Origin: Ginglymostoma cirratum
Lineage: Eukaryota
DNA: 64,000 bases
Direction of reading: 5' to 3'
NCBI GenBank assembly: GCA_024137785.1
Contig: JAHRHZ010000030.1
Span: 5,372,220 to 5,436,219 of the forward strand
Shown: piece after piece, positions 52,687 to 64,000 of the stretch
Layout: every line of letters starts with the position of its first letter
Position numbering within the stretch: position 1 is the first letter of the stretch
Notes under the pieces: generated by a model
The model's input: the letters and a program-made list of their open reading frames with translations, nothing else
Told to the model about the DNA's origin: nothing
Databases searched by the model: none
Translations under genes and position numbers: made by a program

Positions 52687-52975
52687 GCGGCATGGTAGTT
52701 CAGTGCTTAGCATTGTTGCCTCACAGTGCCAGGCACCCGGGTTTGATTCCAGCCTTGGGTAACTGTCTGTATGGAATTTGTGCACTCTTCCTGTGTCTGT
52801 GTGGGTTTCCTCTGGGTGCTCCAGTTTTCTTCCAAAGATGTGCAGGCTAGGTGGATTAGCAATGGGAAATTTAGAGTTACAGTAATGGGGTGGGTCTGGG
52901 TAGGATGCTTTTTGGACTGTTGGTGTACACTCAATTTGCCGAATGCCCTACTTCCACACTGTTGGGATTCTATGA
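52687..52975 (+). mobile_element. HE1-like SINE
   Basis: tRNA head gcggcatggtagttcagtgcttagc...gggtttgattcc and a CR1-type tail. Confidence 0.82.
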
Positions 52976-53439
52976 AACACTGAGTACCCTTGGATACTCA
53001 ATTCCCGAACCTGGTCACATTGCAACTATGTCTTAGTAATCACCTCCAAACCATACCATTTGTTTCTATTTGCACTGTTAACTCATTAATTTTATTTTGA
53101 GTCTTTCAAGCATTCAGATACAAAATCTTTTAAGTTTATTTGATGATCAAGTTTCTCTACTCTTGTACAACTCCTTGGTGTGAAACGGCATTCACAAATT
53201 CTGTTCCTTCCTTTCTTTTTTGTTAATACCTGGACTCATCATTCACCTGCACTCCCACCTTCTCCTTCAACTTAATTTTCTAGTTTTCCATCCAACTGGA
53301 CTCTTCCTCCCCATGATTTAGTTGTAATCTCCATTAACAGCCCTAGTTATGTGATTCACAGGACTCGGGTCCCAGCATGATTCAGGTGGAGCCCATTTCA
53401 TTGCGAGACCTCCCTCCTTCCCCAGTACTGATGCCAATA

Positions 53440-54200
53440 AGACCATAAGACCATAAGACATAGGAGCAAAATTAGGCCATTCAGCCACTGAGTCTGCTCC
53501 ATCATGGCTAGTATGTTTCTCAACCCCATTCTCCTGCCTTCTCCCCATATCTCTTGCCCCCCTTACAAATCAAGGACCTATTTATTTCTGTCTTAAGTAC
53601 ACTCAATGATTTGGCCTCCACAGCCCTCTGCGGCAATTAGTCCCACAGATTAATTACCCTCTGGTTGAAGAAATTCCTTTTCATCTCGGTTCTAAAGGCT
53701 CGTCCATTCACTCTGACACTGTGCCCTCAAATCCTAGTTTCTCCTACTAGTGGAAACATTTTCTCCATGTCCACTCTATCCAGGCCTGTCAGTATTCTGT
53801 AAGTTTCAATTAGATCCCCTCTTACACGTCTAAACTCCATTGAGTACAGGCCCAGAGTTCTCAACCACTCCTCATATGATTAGTTCTTCTTCCCCGGGAT
53901 CATTCTTGTAAACCTCTTCTGGACACTCTCCAATGCCATCACATTCTTCCTTAGACACAGGACCCAAAATTGCTCACAATATTCCAAATGCAGTCTGACC
54001 ACAACCTCACACAGCCTCAGCAGAGATAACAAGCATGGGGCTGGATGAACACAGCAGGTCAACCAGTATCTCGGATTCTCCAGCATCTGCAGTACCTTTT
54101 ATCTCTGATACAGCCTCAGCAGTACATCTCTGGTCTTGTATTTTGGCCTTCATGAAATAAATGCTCACATTGCATTTTCCTTCCAACTGCCAGCCTCCAG
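53440..54200 (-). mobile_element. CR1 3' fragment with a (ccataaga)n tail, containing a mini PLE-repeat insertion at 54024-54109
   Basis: LEYCEQFW...LESVQKRFTRMIPG; short tandem tail at 53438-53462. Confidence 0.82.
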
Positions 54201-56854
54201 GTTAACTTTAAGGGAATCTGAAGTAGGACTTCAAGACCTTTTCTGCTACAGATTTCCAATTATTTGTGTCACACATAGTAATCCAGAGATTATTACCTTT
54301 TAGACTCTGCCTTTTTAATTTAGCCTCAACTCTGCTCTATTGCCCAAATGGAATATCCTGAGCCCAGGCATGAGGCAGGCAATAAAGTTCTGACTCTCAA
54401 TCCTGGCCACACGAACAGTGTCTATTCCCCTGACTATACTATTCCTAATTACAACTCCATTTCTCTTTTCTACCTCCTCTTGAATGGCTCCCTGTACCAT
54501 GTTGCTACAGTCAGTTAGCTCATCCTCCTTACAGCTCCCATTCTCATCCACATAAGGAGCAAGTATCTCCAAACTGTTGAACTTGGACAAAGGCTGAGGG
54601 TCCTGCAGGACTAGCTCCTGGATCACCCATGTTTACACTCTTCTGTCCCTGTGTTCATCAAATTCAAATTTGTTAATCTAAGTGGTGTGACTGTTTTCCT
54701 AAAACACAGCATCCAGATAACTCTCTCTCTCCCTGATAGTGTCACAATACTTGAAGTTCAGACTCCAGCTAATCAACCCTGAACCTCAAGCAACCAACAC
54801 TTACTACACATGTGGTCACTATGAGCCACAATGGGGTCCACCAGCTCTCACATCAGGCAAGTACAAGACGTCACCTGGCCCCTGCATCTCTGTTTTGTTT
54901 ACTTAGCTTTAAATTTGTTTTCTTTAAATTTCTGATTGGTCTTTTAGTATATAATCTGTAAACATATGTGCTGGGTGATGCCCAGACTGGGTTCCACTAG
55001 GTCACTCAGCTCCTGACCTCATTGTAGCCTTGGTTCAAACAAGGACAAAAGAGCTGACTTCCAAAGGTGAGTTTACATTATTACATTTGGAGTCCAATTT
55101 GTGGTGTCTGTCCTTATAGCTTGTAATCGGTGAATAACACAAGTTCTTCAAGTTGGAGTAGGTGCGGGAAAAAGATACCAAAAAGTGTTGTTACTGTTGT
55201 CACCCCAATCTTCTAGGTGTGTGGTTTCTGTAGTGGCTTACATGCTCGTGTGTGTGTGTGTGAGGATAGCCAAATTTTCTTCGGTAAATAAGCGCAATTC
55301 TGCAACTATTTACTGGTTATGAGAATAGGCTGTACATTATACAAAGACTGCGGGAAGAACCTAGCATTAGGTGTGTGTCCCACAGATCCTACTTGATTCT
55401 CCAATCAAGTCTCCATGATATCATCATACTGGGTGGTGCTTATTGTACTTAATCAAGAATTAACCCTTTCTGACCTCTCTTGACCCATATACAACAAAAG
55501 GGAGGGGGATGAGAACCGTACAGTAAAATGAGGAGACATTTTCAAATGAGAGGCCGGAAGAGCTGATGGCAGAATTCAAGGGTGTAAGATGGCAGAATAA
55601 TAAGGGAAGCTGATAAAAGGGGTGTTAAAAAAAGTATAAATTGGGTCTGTACGCAGTGAAAGTACCTTTATGAATTGGAATGGCTGGGTTAGACATGTGA
55701 TAGTAAACGTTAAAACTATTTAAAGGTTTACTTGGTACTCTGACACTATAATTTACTGACTGTATTCATGCTTTTCCCCCTTAAGTATATTGCAACGAGT
55801 CTTTCTGCACTTGAAAAGCTCTATAAAAATACATATCATGTTCTTTGCATTCAAATTTATGTATTTAAAAATAGTCTATGATTTGTAACTGTGCCAAAAA
55901 AAATCTGATGTTGTAAGTCAGCAGCAGGTAATAATTAATTGCATTATTTCTAATTCACCTATTTTATCTTTAAACATTAGTCCCCTGTGCTTTGCTCAGT
56001 TAATATTACCAACTGTGGTGCAAACTTGTGACTTGTAATAACTACTATACTGTGCATTTATAAATCCAATACTTCCAACTTTTAATGCTGAATCACAAAA
56101 TTCTTAAAATTATACAATATCCACAAAAATGTTAACAAAATCAAAATTTTCTAGAAGAAACAGCTCAGGGAATTTTTTTTTTGCCTCACTTCTCTCTTTG
56201 AAAGTTTCAAAACACTTTGCAAAAGTATTGTACATTTGATGACTTCTATTTTCATCCTACAGAGCACAGCTGCATTTAAGTCTTGGTTGTTCATGTCCCA
56301 GTGTAGTTCAACTTAATTATTCCTTTTTATTCATTATATGTGAAGTTATTGAGATCCAGTTTTCAAGCAAAACAAACTGAACTAGGAAAGGTGATTTCAA
56401 AGCACTAATAAAAACCCTGAATTTTAATATCAACACAAAGGTACTTATTCACTTGCCTTGAAGCAGTGGCCTTGGTTGGAAGCCACAGGAGTAAAATAGA
56501 ATTTAATAGCGTGAAAACCATTGCAGTTATTTTTTCTATCTTCTGTATGGATGCATATTTTTCTTGTTTTTGTCAAAAGCTGTTGATTCTAAATGTCTGC
56601 CATTTTAGGTAGCTACAGGTATGAGGTTAAGTAACTTTTGAGGGAAGATTGACACATGAGTCACCTGGACCTGATTTCCTCTTATTCATTTTCTAAAGAG
56701 CACCCTTGATTTCTGCGAACCAGTTGTCTGCATTCATTTTGAATAATGATTGGTATGTAACGTAGTTAAACCACACAAATGTGCAGTGCAAAAATATATA
56801 GATCACAGATGTCAAAATGCGTTAGATTGGTCAACATATGACACAATAATTATT

Positions 56855-57895
56855 ATTAGGGAAAAAGTACTAGATAAACCACTGGAGCAAAATGCCAACA
56901 TCCACTGAACCTGACAGCTTGCATCCTAAAATATTAAAGAAAGTAGCTTCAAAGGGAGTGGATGGACTGGTGGTAGTTTTCCAAGGACCCTTAGATTCTG
57001 GAAATGTCCCAGATGACTAGAAAACTGCTAGTGTAATACACATATTCAAAAAGGGAGGGAGATATAAAATGGGTAACTATTGACCAGTTAATGTAACATC
57101 TGTCATTGGGAAATTAAAGTCTAGTACAAAAAATGTGTTAGAAAACATAGCATTTAAAAATACATAATGTAACAAACACATTCAGCATAGCTTAATGGGG
57201 GGAAGTCATGCCTGACAAATTTATTAGAATTCTTTGAGGAGGTAGCAAGTAGGATAGATAAAAGGGAACCAGTGAATATTATGTCTTTGAACTTCCAAAA
57301 ATCATTCAATGTGGTACTGCACTTTGGGCCACTAAATAAGAGGCAATGGTGTTGGGAGCAGTTTTAGCATGGATAGAAGATGGCTAACTAATAGAAGGTA
57401 TAAGTTGGAATAATTTAGACTATTTCAGGATGGAAAACTGTAACTAGTAGAGTACCACAGAGATCAGTGCTCAGGCTACACTTATTTACAATACAAATCA
57501 CTGCAATTTAGTAGAATGAGAAATGATCTTATCGAAACAGATTTTTTTTTGTGGGCTTGAAAGGATAAATGCAGCAAGGTTGTGTCCCCTTGTGGTAGAG
57601 TCAGGGACCAGACAGCATAACCTCAGAGAAAGTAGTCACCTATTTAAGACAGAGATGAGGAGGAGTTTCTAGTTTCAGAGTGTAGTGAATCTGTGGAATT
57701 CTTTACTGTAGTCATTTGTAGAGGTTGAGCCATTAAGTATACTCAGGGCTAAGGTGGACAGACTTTTAATCAGTGAGGGAATCAAGGATTATAGGGAAAA
57801 GACAGGAAAGGGAAGTGGAAGATTATCAGATCAGCCATGATCTCACTGAATGGTGAAGGAGATGCATTGGACATCCTAAGTCTTACAGTCTTATG
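56855..57895 (+). mobile_element. CR1 LINE fragment with an internal deletion
   Basis: HPKILKEVA, SCLTNLLEFFEEV and VVNLWNSL remnants. Confidence 0.8.
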
Positions 57896-60265
57896 GTTAC
57901 CGTCGTGCAATCATTCCTGATTGACAAGGCGTCCCCGCACAGCCATGTGTATGCAGTCAACAGTGCTCAGGAACAGGAAGTTCACAATCCTGCCAATCCC
58001 ATGTGCCCTTACATCCTGGTTTTTCCACCTCAGGGAAAGAGGGTGAAATCTCCTCTTTTCCTGTGCAGCTTATGTTATTTCCTGGACACTTTAGTGTGTG
58101 GCAAACTGTGACATATTTACTGATGCCACATGCATCCATTTGGAAGGAACCAGTTTGCAAGATTCTGATAATACTGCTAATTTTGGGGATACTATATTGA
58201 TTTGAAGTAACATTTTATGATTTTGTCTTAGATTTCTTTTTAAACAATTTAGTTTGAATTTTTTGCTAGTGGGACAATTAACAGTTAAGACAGCTGCTTG
58301 CAAGACTGTGTTTAAATAATCTAAGGATGCCAAAGAATCTAGGTTAAGCAACTGCATCTGTTTTTATTATGCTAAGTACGATTCAATGTGCATCAGCTTT
58401 AAAGAAATAAGTGAAATGTTTGAACTTCGCAAATTGAAATGAGTCCGACACCTATCTTTAAATAAGAATGATGTATTTCGAAAAAGTTTTATTTTGCTGA
58501 GTGATTCAGTCAATTTACAAAAATTGTAGAACAAAACGTAGATAAAAAGGACATTTCGATATTCTGCTAGAAACAGTTTTTCTTAATTGCTTCAGTATTC
58601 CTGAGGATGTTAGGTTAAAGGGTTTATTATGGTTGGCATTATTAGTAAGAGGATATAACATTATTTATACAACTTCTCTGTATCTAAATGGGTGTGTCAA
58701 TGACTCAAACAATGAAACATTGATTTCTGGGACCTAGGGAATAAGAAATGAACATTTGCTTAGCCTACATATATCGAGGTACAGAGGTAGGGTGCCACCT
58801 GAAACTCTCAACCTAAGCCTTGAAAAGAATCAATTCAACCTATTTCTTAATTAGGACTATGAATCCCTCACAATTAGGGACTAGAGTTTGAAACACAGAG
58901 TGTTTTGTGGCGCAGTTTTACCTTATCTTCTATGAAGTAATACATATAAGACGCAATTCAAAGTAACTTCACTTCAGAGACAGGAGACGAAAGGCATCAT
59001 CTGTGCTGGCAACATCTAAGGCATCTGGACCTTTAAGAATAAAAAAACCTCTTTACTGCTTGTTTGCTAAATACTTCTAAAATCTTTCTCAATAAATTCT
59101 ACTTGATTCATGAATACTTGTTATTCATATCTTGATAAGTCATACAGAACTGTGGATACTATCATTATAAATTAAGAGTTTTTAAGTAATGGGGGTTTTA
59201 ATATTCAAAACTTTGTAAATTTACAGGTTGCAAAGAGGAAAAGGGCGACAGTGACCTTCACAGCCACTAAGAGAGATGTTATCACCTGACCTCAGGCTTT
59301 ACCTCTAAATCAAGAAAGTAACAAAACTTTATTACCATCACCTTTTGAAGTGCTGCCTCCTGAAACACAGGGCATTTCTGGGTAGGGAGAGCTCACCTTC
59401 TCCTGCTTCCTCATGAAGATTTTTCTCTCTACCTCCTCTTCTGCATATCCTACCCATGCTACAGCGTAATTTGTATTTAAACTATCACTCCAGACTTATG
59501 TAATGAAATGTTATTTTCTACCTTCCTGTAGTAGGCTAAAATCTCACAGGCTATGTTTGCTGATACCCACCAGCATGCAAAGTAGCAGTAAAATTTCTGA
59601 AATAAATTAAAATTGAAACAAAAATAAAACAAACATATAAGTGAAGAGAATAAAAATCTTGTTAAATCAAGTTTTTGTTTTAATTTTTTAAAAAATCAGC
59701 TTTATACTGATTAAATGTATGCACATTTCAAGAAAAATTGGAGGTGAGCTTTCACAGTCAGCATTTATCATTGGATCTTTGGTATCAGCAGAGATTCCAA
59801 CTCTCAAATGACTGACCACAAGTCTTTCAACCAATATGCCTCCGCATGAGTAATTCAAAAGCACATCAACTCCAAATTATTGAAACACCCTTCTTGAATA
59901 TTCCCAAAACAGAGCCAAACTGCTTCAAAATGCTGGATTTCAGGAGTGTATAAGGAGGGTTTATTGAACACTCATTGTCCAATTTTGGTACTTTTTAGAG
60001 CATTGTTCCATGAGTTCGATCTCATCTTTTCAAATCTCTAGGTGCACACAGACTGCACGCACGATTCCAGTCACATGACGCTATGCAAACAGCTCAGAAG
60101 CAACCAGCAGCATCTCCCCACTCCAGAAGAAGTATGTCTGAAACATTTGATCACTTTTTGAACCCATCCACAAAAATTATCGATTCATTCAGCACTGAAG
60201 GAGACCATTCATCCCATTGTCCTTATCTTATTTTCTTTCAAAAAAAACCACAACTAATCCCATAA

Positions 60266-60495
60266 AAGCAAATAACTGTGAATGCTGGATTTCTGAAGTA
60301 AAAACAGAAAGTGTTGAATAACGTCAGCAGATGTAGCAGCATTTCTAGAGAAAGAAAGAGTTAACATTTCGAGTTCAAAGACTCCTCTTCAGAACTGTTC
60401 CATCGAAAAGTCATATTGAACTTGAAATGTAAACTCTGTGCCTCTCTACAGATGCTACCAGACCTGCTGAGTTTCTTCAGAATTTTCTGTTTTCA
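60266..60495. mobile_element. Old family-2 fold-back unit with two eroded hammerheads
   Basis: Inverted arms around ~60393. Minus core reads ctgaagaggagtctttgaactcgaaatgtta. Confidence 0.68.
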
Positions 60496-62794
60496 TCAAA
60501 TTAGTTTTACTTTTCCGCCTTTACAAAATCATGTGTTGCTATTCACGCTAATTGCACCTCAATATATTTCTCTTCTTGATAATTTGACCTTATACAGGCA
60601 TATGGAAGATTCTTCACATAATTTTGCAGAATTATGTAGAAAGCAGTCAATGATTCAATCAACATGGTGTATTTACAAATGTTCAGTGCAGTTTCTTCCT
60701 TTCTTTTGATCAGCTACTGACATCCCCACACATATCACACTGACAAAAGCTTTAAGATTTGCAAAAAAAACCAAATCCACAGCTTTTTCACAACACAAAC
60801 AAGTGCGTATCAAATTTAGAAGATTCAAGAAAGAAATCACAGAAAGAAGACTAAAAAAATCAAGATTTTCACATTCTCAGTAACATATACAGGGTAATTT
60901 TCCAAGCAAAGAGTCCTGATGCAGGATTGAACATGTACAGATTGCAGAATTGGCATTTAGAATCTGATTTCAGACTCCTAAACCCACAGATCCAGTTTTC
61001 ATGTTGGAAACCTTGCTTCACAAAATTACCACTGTAGTTTAATTTAAAAAAAAAGTCAAGAACAAGCCAAATTTTTAACAGCTTTCAGTTTCTGTATTAC
61101 TCACTGATGATAAAGAGCACATGCTGTCTTGTTTTTCTCAAGCCACATACAGATTCAGAAGCATTATTTACATGACACAATTGCTCAGCCATCTGGAACC
61201 TTTTAGCAATGGACCCTTGCCACCACCACAAGCCTTCTGGGCACTGCTAACTGATGCATCATCGGGTTAAATTAAGAACTGTTTTTCACTCTGTGCTTGT
61301 TTATGAACAATGAAAATAAGCAGCCAGGACTTTCTGGCTCACCATCATAGATATTTTGCTGTAGTCTAATCATTAGATGCTTGAGCTGGAGCACTAATTT
61401 ACAAGATTGTCTTTTAATTCATTCAATTACAGGAATAGTCGGGGATTTATATTGTGACTGGATAATTATCTGACAATGATCTAGTGAAGGCAGCAAACTT
61501 GAAAAGAAAACTATTCCTGAAGCAAACGTCTGGGCATGAATGAAAATCTATTTAAATAAGCAAAAGTGATTAGTATATAATAATTAAATGGCTAATTTTC
61601 TAGTTATAAACCTAACAAAAACTGCATACTAAACATCCTTAGTTACAGGAAAGAACTCTGCTAAGCTGAACCTGAACCAAATCCAGTCTAACAATTGAAT
61701 CAATTCTTTTAGAAAAGCATGTGATAATTCTTTTCATTTTCCAGTGCGTTGTTTTCAAATACTTAGAGCTAGCTGCAATTTAGATGCAAAACTGCTTTCA
61801 CTGTTACCCTGAAATAAATGACCCAGAAAAGAAAGTTCACACACTTTTTGCTGGCTGGGACCTGGAGGTGCTGGTTTACATGGTGGTGGAAAGAAGAGCT
61901 GTCCTTCTTCCTGTTGACAGTCAAAAGAGGCCATGGTACCATACTCAGTCGGCCTGATTTGAGATAGCAGCCCTGGTGAGTGCAATGTCCCAGGTGAATA
62001 GCAATGCACAGCAGAAATAAAGTTAATGGCCTTCTGTGCTCCAGAGGTTAAATGCCACTATTTTCACTCTGCTAGCTCACACTTATTCCAACACTGCACA
62101 CACATCTCACATAAGCTCATGGAGTACAACACTCATTATGGCATACATGATCAATGGGTCTTGATCCACGTTATCCTCTAAAACTACTAATCCTTCCTGC
62201 CCTCTGCACTTCGTACTCATTCACTGGGGACACCGCACCATTCCTGCCTCTACTTTACCTTTAATGGCTCTTCCATCCACTTCTATCTTACCAAGTTGTC
62301 CCTTTTGTCTCATTGCGGGAAAGAAATATCTCATGGTCATGCTGTCTCCAGCATGCCTGCTTCCACGGATTAGCTTAGACACCTAGGTCCAACAAAGTCA
62401 GTTTTGGCTGGATTTGTAAAAGGCCATACTTGCCAACATTTTAGCCACAGAACCTCAGGATCAGTGGCAAGATAAAATGAAGATGAGAAACTCAACCACA
62501 TTCCTGGTGCCCCTTCCTCTCAGAGACACTGGGTGGTACCAGAAGGCACCTACAGGAAGGAGGTGGCACACACTGGACACCAAGAGGCTCCTCTCAGAAC
62601 ACCAGAGGTGCCCACCTTTCTAACTTGCTTGTCTGGAATGAGCAGAAGGAGAGAGTAAGGTTGCATTTGGGCAGTACACTCTCAGCCCCCAGGGTCATTC
62701 AGTGAAGTCTTTCAGGCCAACAAGGTCAGGTGCAGAGAAAGGTCACTGAAACCTATCTGTGGAAGTTGGAACAGCACTTAAGAAGTGGTGAGAG

Positions 62795-62908
62795 AGAAGG
62801 AAAAATGCCATTCTTGCTGGTCTAGCCTGCACGTGACTCCAGACTCACAGCAATTTGGTTGACTCTAAACTGCCCTCTGGGCAATAATTGCTGGTCTAGC
62901 CAGTGTCG
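62795..62908 (+). mobile_element. Deu-domain SINE fragment
   Basis: gtgactccagactcacagcaatttggttgactctaaactgccctctgggcaat matches the Deu core as recalled. Confidence 0.65.
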
Positions 62909-63019
62909 CTATTAAAAATATTATCTACAATAGAAGACAGAAACTATGGATATCCTGGGCCATCGTCATCGACGGGCAATCTGCTGGAGTAGGACTTGTG
63001 CTCAGAAGGAATGGGTGAG

Positions 63020-63570
63020 GATCCCATCCCACTGGCCACCAAAGTTACATCTCCTCGGAATTTTTATGCCAATGGCTCTTTCTAAAGAACAACTTGAGAT
63101 CGGTGTGGCATCTCCCAGTCCACAATCTACAAACACATTAGGACGTCACTGATGTCATTTCTCACATTTTACAAATTTATATTCTTCCACTGTGACAAGG
63201 AGAGTCAAGCAGCTCGGCCAACTTTGCTAACTTTCCCCACGTAACGGCACTATAGATTCTACAGAGATTGTTTCAAGAGTGCCCTGTTACAAACCTGCAG
63301 CAGTTGTCAATTTCCACTCCATCAATCTCCAGCATATCTGTGATCATTGATACTAGATTTTGGAGGCATGTGCTTGACATTTGGGAAATGCCATGATGCG
63401 TACATACCAAAGAACTCAGAGGTTCCTGTCACCTGGCCATTTGGGGACGCAAGGGCTAACCTTGCAAATATGCCCCATGACACCTTTATGAAACCCTTGG
63501 ACTAACATAGAGGCCTGTTACAGTGCTCTGCAATATAGCCCAGAAAGCATTTGCTGCGCCATTAATGCAA
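63020..63570 (+). pseudogene. Fossil PIF/Harbinger (HARBI1-like) transposase
   Basis: Manual translation across stops and frameshifts gives PLATKVT..NFYANGSF, CGISQST, FPHV.GTIDST, FHSINLQHICDH, CHDAYI and GD..G.PLQ...MTPL. Confidence 0.72.
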
Positions 63571-63589
63571 TTGATACTTGGAATGAGTT

Positions 63590-64000
63590 ACTAATTTGGA
63601 TAGGCTGGAAAGGCTGTGCTTGTTTTCACTGGATTTAGAGGATTGGGGATTGGGGTACGTGGTGGAGGTGGGGTGACTTGATTGAAGTGTATAAGATCCT
63701 GAATAGTCTTTACAAGCTGGCCATGGAAGGGATGTTTCATCTTGTGGGTCAGTCCTGAACTAGGTGGTACAGTTTCAAAATCAGTGGTCATCTTTCAGGA
63801 CACTAATGACAACAATTTATTTCTCTCAGAGAACTGTACAATTCGGAATCCTCTTTCTCAGAAGCCAGTGGAAGTATGTCATTGAATATTTTTAAGACCA
63901 AGTGGACAGATTGTTGTTTATCAGGTGAATCAAGGATTATCGAGAGTAAATAAGAACACTAACAGATCAGTCACAAACTTATTGCATGGTGAAGCAGGCT
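63590..64000 (+). mobile_element. CR1 3' fragment
   Basis: GDLIEVYKIL remnant and CR1-like 3' region. Confidence 0.7.

Larger units (their letters stand above)
49820..54890 (-). mobile_element. Long decayed CR1 LINE (ORF1 esterase remnant, endonuclease, RT, 3' end) with several nested insertions
   Basis: 54315..54626 VVIRNSIVRGID...ACLMPG resembles a GDSL-like ORF1. 52014..52337 has PTRE-like/LGKSDH; 51173..51361 has DWKNANI, GNYIPVSLT; 49821..50009 has LWNSL. Confidence 0.8.

Noticed and set aside
59287-59304. TGACCT-caggct-TTACCT as an LXR response element
   Set aside because: The spacing is 6, not DR4. I found no convincing DR4 by eye anywhere; a PWM scan is needed.

Overview
This is vertebrate genomic DNA, almost certainly from a shark or other elasmobranch, judging by its HE1-like and Deu-domain SINEs and dense CR1 LINEs. 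It contains one protein-coding gene: a complete 7-exon MYLIP/IDOL (FERM + RING E3 ligase, 444 aa) on the minus strand, CDS 26937->17785, with a CpG-rich promoter and a ~1.1 kb 3'UTR. The reading frame requires a non-canonical GC donor at intron 4. The rest is mostly decayed repeats: CR1 LINEs, tRNA-derived SINEs, a Harbinger transposase fossil and many Penelope-like element (PLE, Neptune-type RT + GIY-YIG) copies. The most striking signal is that the PLE terminal repeats carry minimal hammerhead ribozyme motifs (CTGANGA-A-stem II-GAAA-palindrome-cleavage triplet). About 18 copies from three unrelated repeat families are present, many as short non-coding solo, fold-back or tandem units with their own 12-16 bp target-site duplications. 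There is a 400-N assembly gap at 41348-41747. All calls are from reading the sequence by eye; no searches were run.
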